Below are positions 48,143 through 58,549 of a DNA stretch of 64,000 nt, in pieces. Every line of letters begins with the position of its first letter. The first letter of the stretch is position 1. The DNA comes from an uncultured Flavobacteriaceae bacterium (GTDB lineage: Bacteria; Bacteroidota; Bacteroidia; Flavobacteriales; Flavobacteriaceae), in the NCBI GenBank assembly GCA_963816075.1, contig CAWFJI010000010.1, positions 11,678-75,677 of the forward strand. Reading direction: 5' to 3'. Below the pieces are notes generated by a model. It had not been told where the DNA came from and searched no databases. It was given only the letters and a program-made list of their open reading frames with translations. Made by a program: the position numbers and the translations under genes.

Positions 48143-48673
48143 ATGGTAAGTAAAAGATTGATAGTTTCCCTCATATTTATCTTTGTTTCCTCCTTCTCAA
48201 GAGCGCAGTTGGTAAAAATTGACAGCGAAACCGGTGAACATAAATATGATGAAGTTGTTCCGGCTGAAGGTTTGGCCAGCGCACAAATATTGAGCAGGGC
48301 TAAAAAATGGGCGGATACGTATTATCCGGGTTCGGACAGCAGGCTCGACAGCACAACCGCCGTTAAAAGGGTTTGTACCTATAAATATACCTGGATAATG
48401 GGTTCCAAGTCCATTCCAACCACCTTAATTTATGATTTGGATATTAAGGTAAAGGACAACCGCTACCGGTATATCTATTCAAATTTCAGGGTGGGTTCCA
48501 ATGTCATGGGTGAAGTACAGGCCATATCACTGGCAAAATACATCAGCCGTTTTCCTGAAAGGTACCATATGGGTATTGAAGAGCCCATTGACACACATAT
48601 AACAAAAGGCATCAGCAGCCTGGATAACTTCATAAAAACCGAAAAAATGGTGGTTGAGGATGATAACTGGTAA
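48143..48673 (+). CDS. secreted hypothetical protein (DUF4468-like)
   Basis: 176-aa ORF with a signal peptide. Family resemblance only. Confidence 0.5.
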   Translation: MVSKRLIVSLIFIFVSSFSRAQLVKIDSETGEHKYDEVVPAEGLASAQILSRAKKWADTYYPGSDSRLDSTTAVKRVCTYKYTWIMGSKSIPTTLIYDLDIKVKDNRYRYIYSNFRVGSNVMGEVQAISLAKYISRFPERYHMGIEEPIDTHITKGISSLDNFIKTEKMVVEDDNW

Positions 48674-48674
48674 C

Positions 48675-49952
48675 TCAGATCAATTCCAGTACCCTTTCCA
48701 GTGACATCCCTCTTGAGGCTTTTATCAGCACCGTTGCATCGTTTATTTCAGCCTGTTTAAAGTTGTTCTTAAATTCTTCAAAAGAACTGTATTGCACAGT
48801 ATTTACGTTTCTTACCTCCGTTTTGCTAAAATTTTGCCCGATCAGGTAGACCTTTTTGAGGTCGATTTTCTGAACAAGATCGGCGATGTGCTGGTGTTCT
48901 TTCGCACTATCAGAACCGATCTCGAACATATCACCCAGAATGGCCACTTTATTTCTATCGGTAAGCTGAGCCAGATTTTCAAGGGCAGCCTGCATGCTGT
49001 TCGGATTTGCATTATAGGCATCCAGTATGATCCTGTTTGTAGCTTTCTCAATAATTTGTGACCGGTTATTGCTGGGTATGTACTGCTCAACCGCATGTTT
49101 GATCTTTTCCTCTTCAACACCAAAAAACAGGCCGATAGCCACAGCAGCAGCTATATTTGGAAAATTATACTTACCTATTAATTTACTCTCGATGAGGCAG
49201 TTGTTAAATCTAACCTTAACAAAAGGGTTTGCTTCGATAAATGCAACAGGATAATCTGAATTTTCTGTTCCAAAAACGATACGCTTTTGCGCAGCAGATT
49301 TTTCCAGTTGCACAGGGTCATTTCCATTGACAAAAACGATCTTGTCTCTGTAGGCCAGATCGCGGTACAACTCCGTTTTTGCATGGATCACACCTTCCAG
49401 ACTGCCAAAGCCTTCCAAATGAACCCTTCCAAAATTGGTTATAAAACCATAATCAGGTTCAGCAATCTTGCAAAGCAGGTCTATTTCGCCGGGGTGATTT
49501 GCTCCCATCTCAACAACGGATATCTCCGTTTTTTCCGTCATCGTAAGCAAGGTGAGCGGAACTCCTATGTGGTTGTTCAAATTTCCTTTCGTGGCTGTAC
49601 AAACATATTTTTCCCGCAGCACGGCATGGATCAATTCTTTGGTAGTGGTCTTTCCGTTGCTTCCGGTAAGCGAAATAACAGGTACTTTGAGTTGTTTCCG
49701 GTGGTAATTTGCCAATTCCTGTAAGGTGTGCAACACATTGTCAACCAGTATTATCCGATCGTTTACCTTAAATTTTTCTTCATCGACAACTGCGTACAAG
49801 GCTCCGGAATCAAGGGCCCGGGCTGCAAATTCATTCCCGTTGAAATTATCACCTTTCAAAGCAAAAAACAGACTTTGGTTCAGGTCCTTTCTGGTGTCAG
49901 TTTCTACCCTGACACACTTTTTATATACCTCGTACAGTGCTTTTATTTCCAT
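48675..49952 (-). CDS. murF: UDP-N-acetylmuramoyl-tripeptide--D-alanyl-D-alanine ligase
   Basis: ORF 48675..49979. Start placed at ATG 49952 (MEIKALYEVYKK), because the extension overlaps the gldJ terminator hairpin. Mur ligase P-loop TGSNGKTTTKE. Confidence 0.9.
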   Translation of the reverse strand: MEIKALYEVYKKCVRVETDTRKDLNQSLFFALKGDNFNGNEFAARALDSGALYAVVDEEKFKVNDRIILVDNVLHTLQELANYHRKQLKVPVISLTGSNGKTTTKELIHAVLREKYVCTATKGNLNNHIGVPLTLLTMTEKTEISVVEMGANHPGEIDLLCKIAEPDYGFITNFGRVHLEGFGSLEGVIHAKTELYRDLAYRDKIVFVNGNDPVQLEKSAAQKRIVFGTENSDYPVAFIEANPFVKVRFNNCLIESKLIGKYNFPNIAAAVAIGLFFGVEEEKIKHAVEQYIPSNNRSQIIEKATNRIILDAYNANPNSMQAALENLAQLTDRNKVAILGDMFEIGSDSAKEHQHIADLVQKIDLKKVYLIGQNFSKTEVRNVNTVQYSSFEEFKNNFKQAEINDATVLIKASRGMSLERVLELI

Positions 49953-49963
49953 GGTATAAATAT

Positions 49964-50000
49964 AAAAAAACCCAATCATGTTTTCACATCATTGGGTTTC
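49964..50000 (-). terminator. rho-independent terminator after gldJ
   Basis: Stem AAACCCAAT / ATTGGGTTT with a 14-nt loop, followed on the minus strand by a T-run. Confidence 0.6.
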
Positions 50001-50021
50001 TATCAGAAATTATTTTCTAAA

Positions 50022-51713
50022 TTATTTTGCTTTTACGCCTTCTTTTCTTCTTTTTGAATAAGACATCTGACCGAGCTTATCTGTGGCACATCTGAATCCG
50101 ATGTAGTTTGTTGCCATATACTCTGGTAAATACCTTCTTTGAGACGGGTCTAACCAATATGCTCTGTCTTTCCAGGAACCACCTTTAAATACCCTGGTCT
50201 GGTCACTGATCAGCGTGTTTCTCGTCTTGGTGTCATACTGCTGGATGATCAGTCCGCTTTCACCTATCTGACGTGGAATCTCAGGTGCATTGTACATTCT
50301 TGGTTTGATCTCTTCTTCTTCCTCTGCACTCATCTTGTTGAACTGGTTGGTCGATGCAAAATCGCCGTCCCTGCTGTCAATATTGTATGCCTTTTCATAA
50401 TTCTTCCTCATAAAAGCATCTCTCTTGGTTATTGGAATATATTTTACAGATCCTGGCAGCGCCTTTGGAACGAGTTGCCCGTTGTCAAGGGTGTCAAATT
50501 CTACAGAATTATAATCCACCACAACTACATTTCCAAATTCATCGATCTTCTTCTTTTCGAAAACATTTCCTCTGAAATAACTGAAGTCATTGGCATCGTT
50601 GTCTATGATCGGACGGTAAACATCAGCCACCCATTCTGCTACGTTACCTGACATATCGTATAATCCGAATGCATTGGGTTTGTAGGATTTAATTCTCATG
50701 GTTATATCTGCACCGTCATTACTCCAGCCGGCAAGTCCGCTGTAATCTCCTTTTCCTTGTTTAAAGTTCGCCATCTGGTCTCCTTTATACCTACGTGCCG
50801 TTTCACGGGTGGTATTGCCATTCCAGCTGTATTTTTTACGCCCTCTCAGGGAATTGTATTCTCTGTTCTCAACCTCTGCTTTTGCTGCATATTCCCATTC
50901 GGCTTCGGTAGGTAGCCTGAATCTCTGCGCTAAAATACCATCTGAGATCTTAACATGTCGTCCGGTAAATTCTCCCTTGGATTTTGATCCCTCCGGTTTT
51001 TTAGAATAATCCTTGATTCCTTTGTAATAAATACTGGAGTCTCCTTCGAAAAGCAAACTTGGGTTTGTAAGATAGGTTTCAGTATCAAACCTGTTGGCTC
51101 CTTCAACCTTTAGGGAATCATGATCGAACAAGGTGTGCAACACGCCTTTGTCTATAAGTATTTTTTCGTTTACACGGTCGGTTCTCCATTTACAGTATTC
51201 TGTAGCCTGACGCCAGGACACACCCACAACTGGATAATCAGCATAAGCAGGGTGACGCAAATAATTTTCGGTCAACAGCTCATTGAATCCAAGTGTATTT
51301 CTCCATACCAATGTGTCAGGCAAAGCAGCCTGGTAGATCTTTCTGTAGGTATCATCAGATGGTGGAAATACTTTTTCAAGATATTGCAGATACAATACAT
51401 ATTCTCTGTTCGTAACCTCGGCCTGGTCTATATAGAATGAACGCACCTGTTGTTTTACCGGTGTTGTATTCCAGTCAAACATCACGTCATCCTGCACACT
51501 ACCCATGGTAAAGGTACCTCCTTCTATCAATACCATTCCCGGTGGCGGTGGTTGTTCACCATATTTAGGATTGGTCTCAAATCCTCCGTATTTCGGATTG
51601 TTGTACTCCCAGCCGGTCAGGGTGGAAACACCCTTACTGCTTTTGTTACAACTAGCCAATGCAACGGCTGCTAAAACTAAAAGTACTAATTTGTTACTGC
51701 TAAACTTTTTCAT
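50022..51713 (-). CDS. gldJ: gliding motility lipoprotein GldJ (SUMF1/FGE-like fold)
   Basis: 563-aa ORF with the lipoprotein signal LAAVALASC. Sulfatase-modifying-factor-like repeats. Adjacent to murF and porU-porV as in Flavobacterium. Confidence 0.85.
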   Translation of the reverse strand: MKKFSSNKLVLLVLAAVALASCNKSSKGVSTLTGWEYNNPKYGGFETNPKYGEQPPPPGMVLIEGGTFTMGSVQDDVMFDWNTTPVKQQVRSFYIDQAEVTNREYVLYLQYLEKVFPPSDDTYRKIYQAALPDTLVWRNTLGFNELLTENYLRHPAYADYPVVGVSWRQATEYCKWRTDRVNEKILIDKGVLHTLFDHDSLKVEGANRFDTETYLTNPSLLFEGDSSIYYKGIKDYSKKPEGSKSKGEFTGRHVKISDGILAQRFRLPTEAEWEYAAKAEVENREYNSLRGRKKYSWNGNTTRETARRYKGDQMANFKQGKGDYSGLAGWSNDGADITMRIKSYKPNAFGLYDMSGNVAEWVADVYRPIIDNDANDFSYFRGNVFEKKKIDEFGNVVVVDYNSVEFDTLDNGQLVPKALPGSVKYIPITKRDAFMRKNYEKAYNIDSRDGDFASTNQFNKMSAEEEEEIKPRMYNAPEIPRQIGESGLIIQQYDTKTRNTLISDQTRVFKGGSWKDRAYWLDPSQRRYLPEYMATNYIGFRCATDKLGQMSYSKRRKEGVKAK

Positions 51714-51873
51714 AATTTTTTGTTTGATTACAGGTAGAGTAAATTAATTTAAATTCTTGTTATATTTATAGAACTTAAAATGGCTCTTGGTTCATGTATA
51801 ACGATTGTTTTTTTTCTTTATTATGTTTAATGTTGTAAATTATTTCCTGCAAAATATTTCTAAGTAATAAAAC

Positions 51874-54800
51874 ATGTATAAAAACATTTTCGTTTTCTTC
51901 ATCTATTACTTCTTATTTGTAACAGAAATATTTTCACAAAATATTGAAAGTAAAGATTTTAACCTCAACTGGAAGCAATCCGCCGTCTATGTTAAATCCG
52001 GTGTGCAAGTTACAATTCCTTTGCTTGACAACGAAATATTCGATGAAAATCTTCTTCCCGTATTTTCTACAGCCTTTAACGCAGAATCCGGCCTTTTATT
52101 ACAGGGATACGAGCTCGTCAATGTTAAATATGAAAATATTAACACAAACACGCTCCCAGCTATTTTACAAAATTCCCTGCCAGATGGCTTAAAACCTCAC
52201 TTTTCCCTTGAACAATCGCCTAAGGGGCCTTTGGTAAGACTTAGACTTCTGCCCCTTTTCAGGGAAGGAGAAACCGTTAAAAAAGTGGTTTCGTTCTCGG
52301 TGGTTTACCGGCAACCACCTCAGTTATTGGCAAAGAGAGATGCCCCACCTCCTGTTTACAAGCAAAACTCAGTGCTCTCAACAGGAACCTGGTACAAGCT
52401 CGAAATTGAAAAAAGTGGATTGTACAAGATCGACAAGGATTTTTTAGGCAAACTGGGAATCCCCACCGCCAACCTCAATCCGAAGCAGCTACGGATCTTT
52501 GGCAATGGCGGCGCTATGCTTCCGCAGGGAAACGATGAGGAACGATATGAAGACCTTCAGGAGAATGCCATTTATGTTTTCGGCGAAGAAGACAATACCT
52601 TTGACAATGGGGATTATGCGCTCCTGTATGCCCAAGGACCCGACGACTGGCAGCTTGATCCCGGCAGTTTGCAGAACTCCAGACATCAGAAAAATATATA
52701 TGCTGATAAAGCCACCTATTTTATTACAACAGATCAGGGCCCCGGACTGAGAATTGAGAATAGCCCCGCCATTGACAATAACGCAGCTGTACCCCTGAAT
52801 ACCTACCAGGATTTTTTTGTGCATGAGCTGGAAGAAAGAAATTTATTTGCCAACGGACAACAATGGCTGGGTGAGGATCTCAGTTTTACCAACAGCAAAA
52901 GCTACACCCTTGATTTCAGCGGGCTGGTACCAACCGATAATCTTTACGCCAGATTGAGGGGCGTGTCCGTCTCCTCTACTGTTTCCAATATGACCCTTGA
53001 TATCAACGGACAAAAAGTCATTGACCTGGCTTTTTCTCCGGTCTCCAACAATTCCCTGCGGCTGGCCAGCACAGCTGAAGGCCTTCAGTCGATATTGCAG
53101 TCCAATCCCCAACTCAATATAACCGTAACTTTCAACAACAACGGAAATCCCTCCGCAAAGGGCTACCTGGATTATTTCGAGATCTTTGGTACAAGAAGAC
53201 TCGCCGTGACCTCCGCTCAGTTTTCCTTTCGGAATTTTTCCGCAACAAACCCAAACCAGGTCTATAAATATACCCTTCAAAACAACCAGAACATAGAAGC
53301 TGTTTGGGACATAACAAACATGACCCGCCCAAAACGTATGTCTGGAGTATCTGCTGGCACAGATTATACCTTTAATGATTATGGTCACCCGGAACTCAGG
53401 GAATATATCGTCGTGCATAAGCAGGATCTCTTTACACCAAAGATCCCTGCCTCCACCAAAGTAAAAAATCAGAACCTGCACAGGCTCAGGGATATTGAAT
53501 ACCTGGTGATCACCCAGCCTTTTTTAATGAATGAAGCAAAACGACTGGCCGATCACCATACAAAGAACAATGGACTCACCGCAGAAGTGGTCGATTTGAA
53601 TGAGGTATATAATGAATTTGCATCCGGTTCACCTGACCTGACAGCCATTCGTGATTTTGTGCGGTATCTGTACCTCAATGCCTCCTCTCCGGAAAACAGG
53701 ATCAAATATGTTTGCCTGCTTGGCGATGCCTCTTTCGATTTCAAGGACCGCATCAATGACAATGACAATATAGTACCCGCTTTTCAGTCGTATGAGAGTT
53801 TTGACCTCGCCCGGGGTTTTGTAACCGATGATTACTATGGAATGATGGATGAGTCCGATGGCTATCTGGGGTCTTTTGATAATCAGGAAGTTGCTACGGG
53901 CAGAATCCCTGTAAGCACTTTGTCTGAAGCAAAAAATGCTGTTGACAAGATCCTGTCCTATTATAAACCCGCTTCTTTTGGCGACTGGCACAACCAGATC
54001 ACCGTGGTGGCCGATGATCCGGATACTTCCGGGGAATTTGTTCTGCAGCAGACCGTTGACCTGATCGCGCAGGACATAGAATCGAACAAGCCGGTATTCA
54101 ATATTAAAAAGATCTATGCCGATGCATACCCTCAGGAAACTGCAGCAGGTGGTGAAAGGTATCCTGCGGTAAATCAGGCCATCGACAATGCAGTTGAAAG
54201 CGGAACCCTGCTGGTCAATTATTTTGGCCATGGCGGTGTGGATGGCTGGGCCAATGAAAGAATTCTGGAAGTGCCACAGATACAAAACTGGAAAAATTTT
54301 TCAAACCTGCCCTTATTTGTCACCGTAACCTGCGAATTTGCCAGATTCGACAATCCTTTGCGGCCAACTGCAGGTGAATATACCTTTCTTAATCCGGCCG
54401 GAGGTTCCATGTCGATGATCTCCACCACCCGAGAGATCTTTATCAGCACCGGACAGATCTTCAACCGGGCTTTGGTCAGAGACCTGCTTCAATTCGACGG
54501 ACAAGAGTCTTCAATAGCCGAATCGCTCATTCAAACAAAGAACCAGACTTCCAGCACACAGAAATATTTTATCTATTTTTTTGGTGATCCGGCAATGAAT
54601 TTATCCATGGCCAAACCGAATATCAGGATTACCAAAATGAATGATGTTGCAATCGAAAGCTCGCTTGATACCCTAAAAGCCCTCTCCAAAATAAGTTTTG
54701 AAGGTTTGGTTACCGACTGCAATGGCCAGCCCATCACCAATTTTAACGGCGAGTTAAGCACCCTTATATTTGATAAAGCTTTACAGAAAAAGACCCTGGA

Positions 54801-55695
54801 CAATGATAATTTTGGCAGAACCATGGACTTTGTCGCCATTGAAAGTAAAATATTCAGGGGACGGGCTACCGTTAACTCCGGAAAATTTCAGTTCACCTTT
54901 GTTGTACCCAAAGATATCCGGATCGCCTATGGCAAGGCAAAAATGAGTTTTTATGCCCATGATAGTGAAAAGAATATAGGCGGTTACAACTTTGATGTCC
55001 TGATCGGAGGAATTGATACTGAAGCTCCTGATGACCAGGTCGGCCCTGAAATTTCGCTTTATCTGAACGACGAATCGTTTACCGACGGAGGAAATACAAA
55101 TGCCTCGCCGGTACTCATCGCCAAACTGTCGGATGCCTCCGGAATCAATACCTCCATTACCGCTGTTGACCATGACATCATAGCCATTCTTGATAACGAC
55201 GAGGCCAATCCGATTATCCTGAATGACTTTTACAAAACGGAGCTCGACGATTTCACAAAAGGCTCTGTAAAGTACTCTTTGCGTGATCTGAAACCCGGAA
55301 TGCACACAATTAAATTTAAATGTTGGGATACGTACAATAATTTGTCCGAATCTGCGTTAAATTTTGTTGTAGTTGACGAAAGTGGCTTGGTTTTAAGCAA
55401 TGTGCTGAACTATCCCAATCCCTTTGTAAATTATACCGAGTTTTGGTTTAACCACAACAAGCCCAATGAATTGCTTGAAGCTCAGGTACAGATTTACACC
55501 ATTTCAGGGAAATTGGTAAAGACAGTGCAGGCGCAGGTTCAAACGGCGGGAAATCTGTCCAGAGAGCTTACCTGGGACGGTTTAGATGATTTTGGAAATA
55601 AGATCGGAAAAGGGGTTTATGTTTATAAACTGAAAGTTAAGGCAACTCAATCCAATTTGACCAAGGAAAAGATAGAAAAATTGGTAATTTTGTAA
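51874..55695 (+). CDS. porU: type IX secretion system sortase PorU (C25-like peptidase)
   Basis: 1273-aa ORF with a signal peptide. Its size, position directly upstream of porV, and C-terminal beta-sandwich tail (LNYPNPFVNYT..VYVYKLKV) support the call. Confidence 0.85.
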   Translation: MYKNIFVFFIYYFLFVTEIFSQNIESKDFNLNWKQSAVYVKSGVQVTIPLLDNEIFDENLLPVFSTAFNAESGLLLQGYELVNVKYENINTNTLPAILQNSLPDGLKPHFSLEQSPKGPLVRLRLLPLFREGETVKKVVSFSVVYRQPPQLLAKRDAPPPVYKQNSVLSTGTWYKLEIEKSGLYKIDKDFLGKLGIPTANLNPKQLRIFGNGGAMLPQGNDEERYEDLQENAIYVFGEEDNTFDNGDYALLYAQGPDDWQLDPGSLQNSRHQKNIYADKATYFITTDQGPGLRIENSPAIDNNAAVPLNTYQDFFVHELEERNLFANGQQWLGEDLSFTNSKSYTLDFSGLVPTDNLYARLRGVSVSSTVSNMTLDINGQKVIDLAFSPVSNNSLRLASTAEGLQSILQSNPQLNITVTFNNNGNPSAKGYLDYFEIFGTRRLAVTSAQFSFRNFSATNPNQVYKYTLQNNQNIEAVWDITNMTRPKRMSGVSAGTDYTFNDYGHPELREYIVVHKQDLFTPKIPASTKVKNQNLHRLRDIEYLVITQPFLMNEAKRLADHHTKNNGLTAEVVDLNEVYNEFASGSPDLTAIRDFVRYLYLNASSPENRIKYVCLLGDASFDFKDRINDNDNIVPAFQSYESFDLARGFVTDDYYGMMDESDGYLGSFDNQEVATGRIPVSTLSEAKNAVDKILSYYKPASFGDWHNQITVVADDPDTSGEFVLQQTVDLIAQDIESNKPVFNIKKIYADAYPQETAAGGERYPAVNQAIDNAVESGTLLVNYFGHGGVDGWANERILEVPQIQNWKNFSNLPLFVTVTCEFARFDNPLRPTAGEYTFLNPAGGSMSMISTTREIFISTGQIFNRALVRDLLQFDGQESSIAESLIQTKNQTSSTQKYFIYFFGDPAMNLSMAKPNIRITKMNDVAIESSLDTLKALSKISFEGLVTDCNGQPITNFNGELSTLIFDKALQKKTLDNDNFGRTMDFVAIESKIFRGRATVNSGKFQFTFVVPKDIRIAYGKAKMSFYAHDSEKNIGGYNFDVLIGGIDTEAPDDQVGPEISLYLNDESFTDGGNTNASPVLIAKLSDASGINTSITAVDHDIIAILDNDEANPIILNDFYKTELDDFTKGSVKYSLRDLKPGMHTIKFKCWDTYNNLSESALNFVVVDESGLVLSNVLNYPNPFVNYTEFWFNHNKPNELLEAQVQIYTISGKLVKTVQAQVQTAGNLSRELTWDGLDDFGNKIGKGVYVYKLKVKATQSNLTKEKIEKLVIL

Positions 55696-55727
55696 AAATA
55701 AGTATGAAACCCTGTAATGAAACGTTC

Positions 55728-56873
55728 ATGAAATCTTTAAGCTATTTATTTATCTTTTTATTTTTATCGCAATTATCTCTCTTTGCTCAGGATGAGCCTA
55801 ACCCCATAACCACAGCTGCCCCATTTTTACTGATTGCACCGGATGCCAGATCAGGTGGTCTTGGCGATCAGGGTGTGGCTACCTATTCTGATGCAAACTC
55901 CCTGCATTACAACGCGGCAAAATTTGCATTCTCTCCATCCCAATATTCCATTGGTGTAAATTACACCCCCTGGTTAAGAAATCTGACGAATGACGTTTTT
56001 CTTGGCAATCTGGGTTTCAGCCAGCGCATCAATGAAAAAAGTGCCTGGGCTACCAGTATGACCTATTTTTCGCTGGGAACCATTGAATTGACAAACGAAG
56101 ATGGCGAGATCATTGGAACAGAAAATCCGAATGAATTTTCAATCGACGGAGCCTACGCCTTAAAATTGAGCGAAGTCTTTTCTATGGGTGTGGTCATGCG
56201 CTATATTCATTCCAATTATGCCCTTAGGGTTGAAAACTCAGACCTGCAAACCGTGAATACTTTTGCTGTTGACCTGAATGGTTTCTATCAAAGTGAAGAG
56301 ATTAATTACGGCGATTTTAACGGTATCTGGCGGGGTGGTTTCAATATTTCCAATATGGGTCCGAAGGTACAGCTAACAAATGGTGGAGAAGAAAGTTTCA
56401 TTCCTACCAACTTAAGGTTGGGAGGAGGCTTTGAATTTATACTGGACAATGTAAACTCGATTACGACAAATCTCGAATTCAACAAATTACTGGTACCAAC
56501 ACCACCTATAGTTGACGAACAGACGGGTGAGATCATTGCAGGAAAGGATGATGATGTTGAGTTCCTTGAAGGTATGGTTCAGTCTTTTTACGATGCCCCG
56601 GATGGTTTTAGCGAAGAAATGAACGAGATCGCCTGGTCCTTTAGTGCTGAATACCTGTATAACAAGACCTTTGCGGTTAGGGCCGGATATTTCCACGAAG
56701 ATGAAATGAAAGGCCGAAGGGAATATTTCACAGTAGGTGCCGGTTTTAAATTTAAAAGCAGTACCCTGGATGTTTCTTATCTGATCAATACTTCCGACGT
56801 AAACAATCCGCTTGAAAATACCCTGCGCTTTTCACTATCCTTCAATCTGGGAGAAATATATGATAATTTCTAA
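55728..56873 (+). CDS. porV: type IX secretion system outer membrane shuttle/channel protein PorV (LptO)
   Basis: ORF 55704..56873. The likely start is ATG 55728 (MKSLSYLFIFLFLSQLSLFAQD). Conserved PorV N-terminus ITTAAPFLLIAPDARSGGLGD and a beta-barrel-like alternating pattern. Confidence 0.85.
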   Translation: MKSLSYLFIFLFLSQLSLFAQDEPNPITTAAPFLLIAPDARSGGLGDQGVATYSDANSLHYNAAKFAFSPSQYSIGVNYTPWLRNLTNDVFLGNLGFSQRINEKSAWATSMTYFSLGTIELTNEDGEIIGTENPNEFSIDGAYALKLSEVFSMGVVMRYIHSNYALRVENSDLQTVNTFAVDLNGFYQSEEINYGDFNGIWRGGFNISNMGPKVQLTNGGEESFIPTNLRLGGGFEFILDNVNSITTNLEFNKLLVPTPPIVDEQTGEIIAGKDDDVEFLEGMVQSFYDAPDGFSEEMNEIAWSFSAEYLYNKTFAVRAGYFHEDEMKGRREYFTVGAGFKFKSSTLDVSYLINTSDVNNPLENTLRFSLSFNLGEIYDNF

Positions 56874-56876
56874 ACC

Positions 56877-57359
56877 ATGGCTGATCTGGAAATAAGCGGT
56901 AAATTTGAAGTATTTGACAGTCCACTGGAACTGGATCCCGAGGATCAGAAACTGCTGGTATTGGCAGAAAAAGCACGTAACACTGCCTACGCCATCTATT
57001 CTGAGTTTTTGGTTGGTGCAGCCGTGCTTCTTGATAACGGCAAAATTGTTTGTGGTAACAACCAGGAAAACGCAGCCTACCCTTCGGGTATGTGTGCTGA
57101 AAGGGTAGCCATTTGGGCCGCTATTTCGCAAAATCCGGATGCCCTGATAAAAAAAATATTTGTTTCTGCAAAATCAGTCAGGCATAAGGTGTCAGAACCG
57201 GTATCGCCATGTGGCAGCTGCAGACAAACCATCGCGGAATACGAATTCCGGCAAAAAAGTCCGATTGCCGTTTACTTTACAGGCGAAACCGGAAAAATAA
57301 TCAAAGCAAAGGCATTGATAGATTTGTTGCCTTTTGCATTTAACAATACCCTGCTTTAA
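56877..57359 (+). CDS. cdd: cytidine deaminase
   Basis: 160-aa ORF with the zinc motifs CAERVAI and PCGSCRQ. Confidence 0.9.
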   Translation: MADLEISGKFEVFDSPLELDPEDQKLLVLAEKARNTAYAIYSEFLVGAAVLLDNGKIVCGNNQENAAYPSGMCAERVAIWAAISQNPDALIKKIFVSAKSVRHKVSEPVSPCGSCRQTIAEYEFRQKSPIAVYFTGETGKIIKAKALIDLLPFAFNNTLL

Positions 57360-57361
57360 AA

Positions 57362-57760
57362 TTGAGAGATATACAAAACAGAATGGATCTGTTTCAGATC
57401 ATGGGTTCCTTCTACAAGAAGTTGCTACAGGATGAGAACATCAAACCGTTCTTTAAAAAATTTGATGACCCTAAGGTTCTTGAAGAACACCTGCAGGTAT
57501 TGGTTAATTTCTGGGACAACAATCTTTTCTATTCGGGTACCTATTCCGATAATGCGATGCAGCCCCATCTGGACCTGCACAAAAAAACTCCGATAAAACA
57601 AGCGCACTTCAGACGCTGGTTGAAGCATTTTTACGAAGCAGTTGATGAAAATTTTGAAGGAGAAAATGCCCATACCATTAAGACCAGGGCACTTTCTATT
57701 GCAACCGTAATGAAAATAAAGATCGCTGAGGCTGACAAAAACAAACCGAAATCAGATTAA
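57362..57760 (+). CDS. group III truncated hemoglobin
   Basis: 132-aa ORF with a TTG start. The pattern RDI...DLF.I...FYKKLLQDE.I.PFF and its length fit trHb group III. Confidence 0.7.
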   Translation: MRDIQNRMDLFQIMGSFYKKLLQDENIKPFFKKFDDPKVLEEHLQVLVNFWDNNLFYSGTYSDNAMQPHLDLHKKTPIKQAHFRRWLKHFYEAVDENFEGENAHTIKTRALSIATVMKIKIAEADKNKPKSD

Positions 57761-58459
57761 GACCTCAAAATGATTTCCCGTTTCGATCTCGACCGGGTTT
57801 TTGTCTTTTCTGAACAACCTGGCGCTGAGTTCGCCTTTTAGCACAATCTGTCTGCCCTGAACCTCAAGCCAGCTTCCTTCGCGCAAACCTATTACAGGAA
57901 TGTCGTTCCACACATGGAATTCTTTGATCCGGGTTTCTCTGGTTTCTCCCTGGTGGCTCGAATTTAAATCCGGATCCAGATAATGGGGATTGATATTGAA
58001 CGGAATTAAACCCAGTGTATCAAAAGATGGCGGATAAACAATTGGCATGTCATTGGTGGTTTGCATGGACATACCCAGAATATTGCTGCCGGCACTGGTA
58101 CCCAGATAAGCCGTTCCTTGCTGAACTACCTCTCTAAGCACATCCAGCAATTGAAAATCGTATAATGTCTTTACAAGTAAAAATGTGTTCCCGCCGCCAA
58201 CAAAGATGGCTTTCGCCTGTCGGATCGCCAATGCAGGATCGCTGCATTCATGGATGCCAAGCACTAATTTTCCGATTTGAGAAAGTGCCTCCCTTACTTT
58301 CATCGTGTAATCCTCATAACTTATTCCCGATGGCCTGGCATAGGGCAAAAAAAGAATTTCTTCGGTATGGCCGAAAAATTTTTCCAGTTCCGGCAGCAAA
58401 TACTCCAGATAGGAGCTGCCATGAAGGGATGAGGTACTGGCAATGATTAGTTTCTGCAT
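57752..58459 (-). CDS. pepE: dipeptidase E (peptidase S51)
   Basis: 235-aa ORF with the nucleophile motif GTSAGSNI and FVGGGNTF. Confidence 0.88.
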   Translation of the reverse strand: MQKLIIASTSSLHGSSYLEYLLPELEKFFGHTEEILFLPYARPSGISYEDYTMKVREALSQIGKLVLGIHECSDPALAIRQAKAIFVGGGNTFLLVKTLYDFQLLDVLREVVQQGTAYLGTSAGSNILGMSMQTTNDMPIVYPPSFDTLGLIPFNINPHYLDPDLNSSHQGETRETRIKEFHVWNDIPVIGLREGSWLEVQGRQIVLKGELSARLFRKDKNPVEIETGNHFEVLI

Positions 58460-58549
58460 GTTTTTTTTTCAAAATTAATAAAACTCATTTAACAAAATAT
58501 TATAAAGTTTGCATTCACTATTTCTTGTGAAAATATATTTATTTGTGCC

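Noticed and set aside
49953-49979. Longer murF start (MIGFFYIYTMEIK..).
   Set aside because: The extra codons overlap the gldJ terminator hairpin and encode an atypical hydrophobic peptide. ATG 49952 gives the usual MurF N-terminus.
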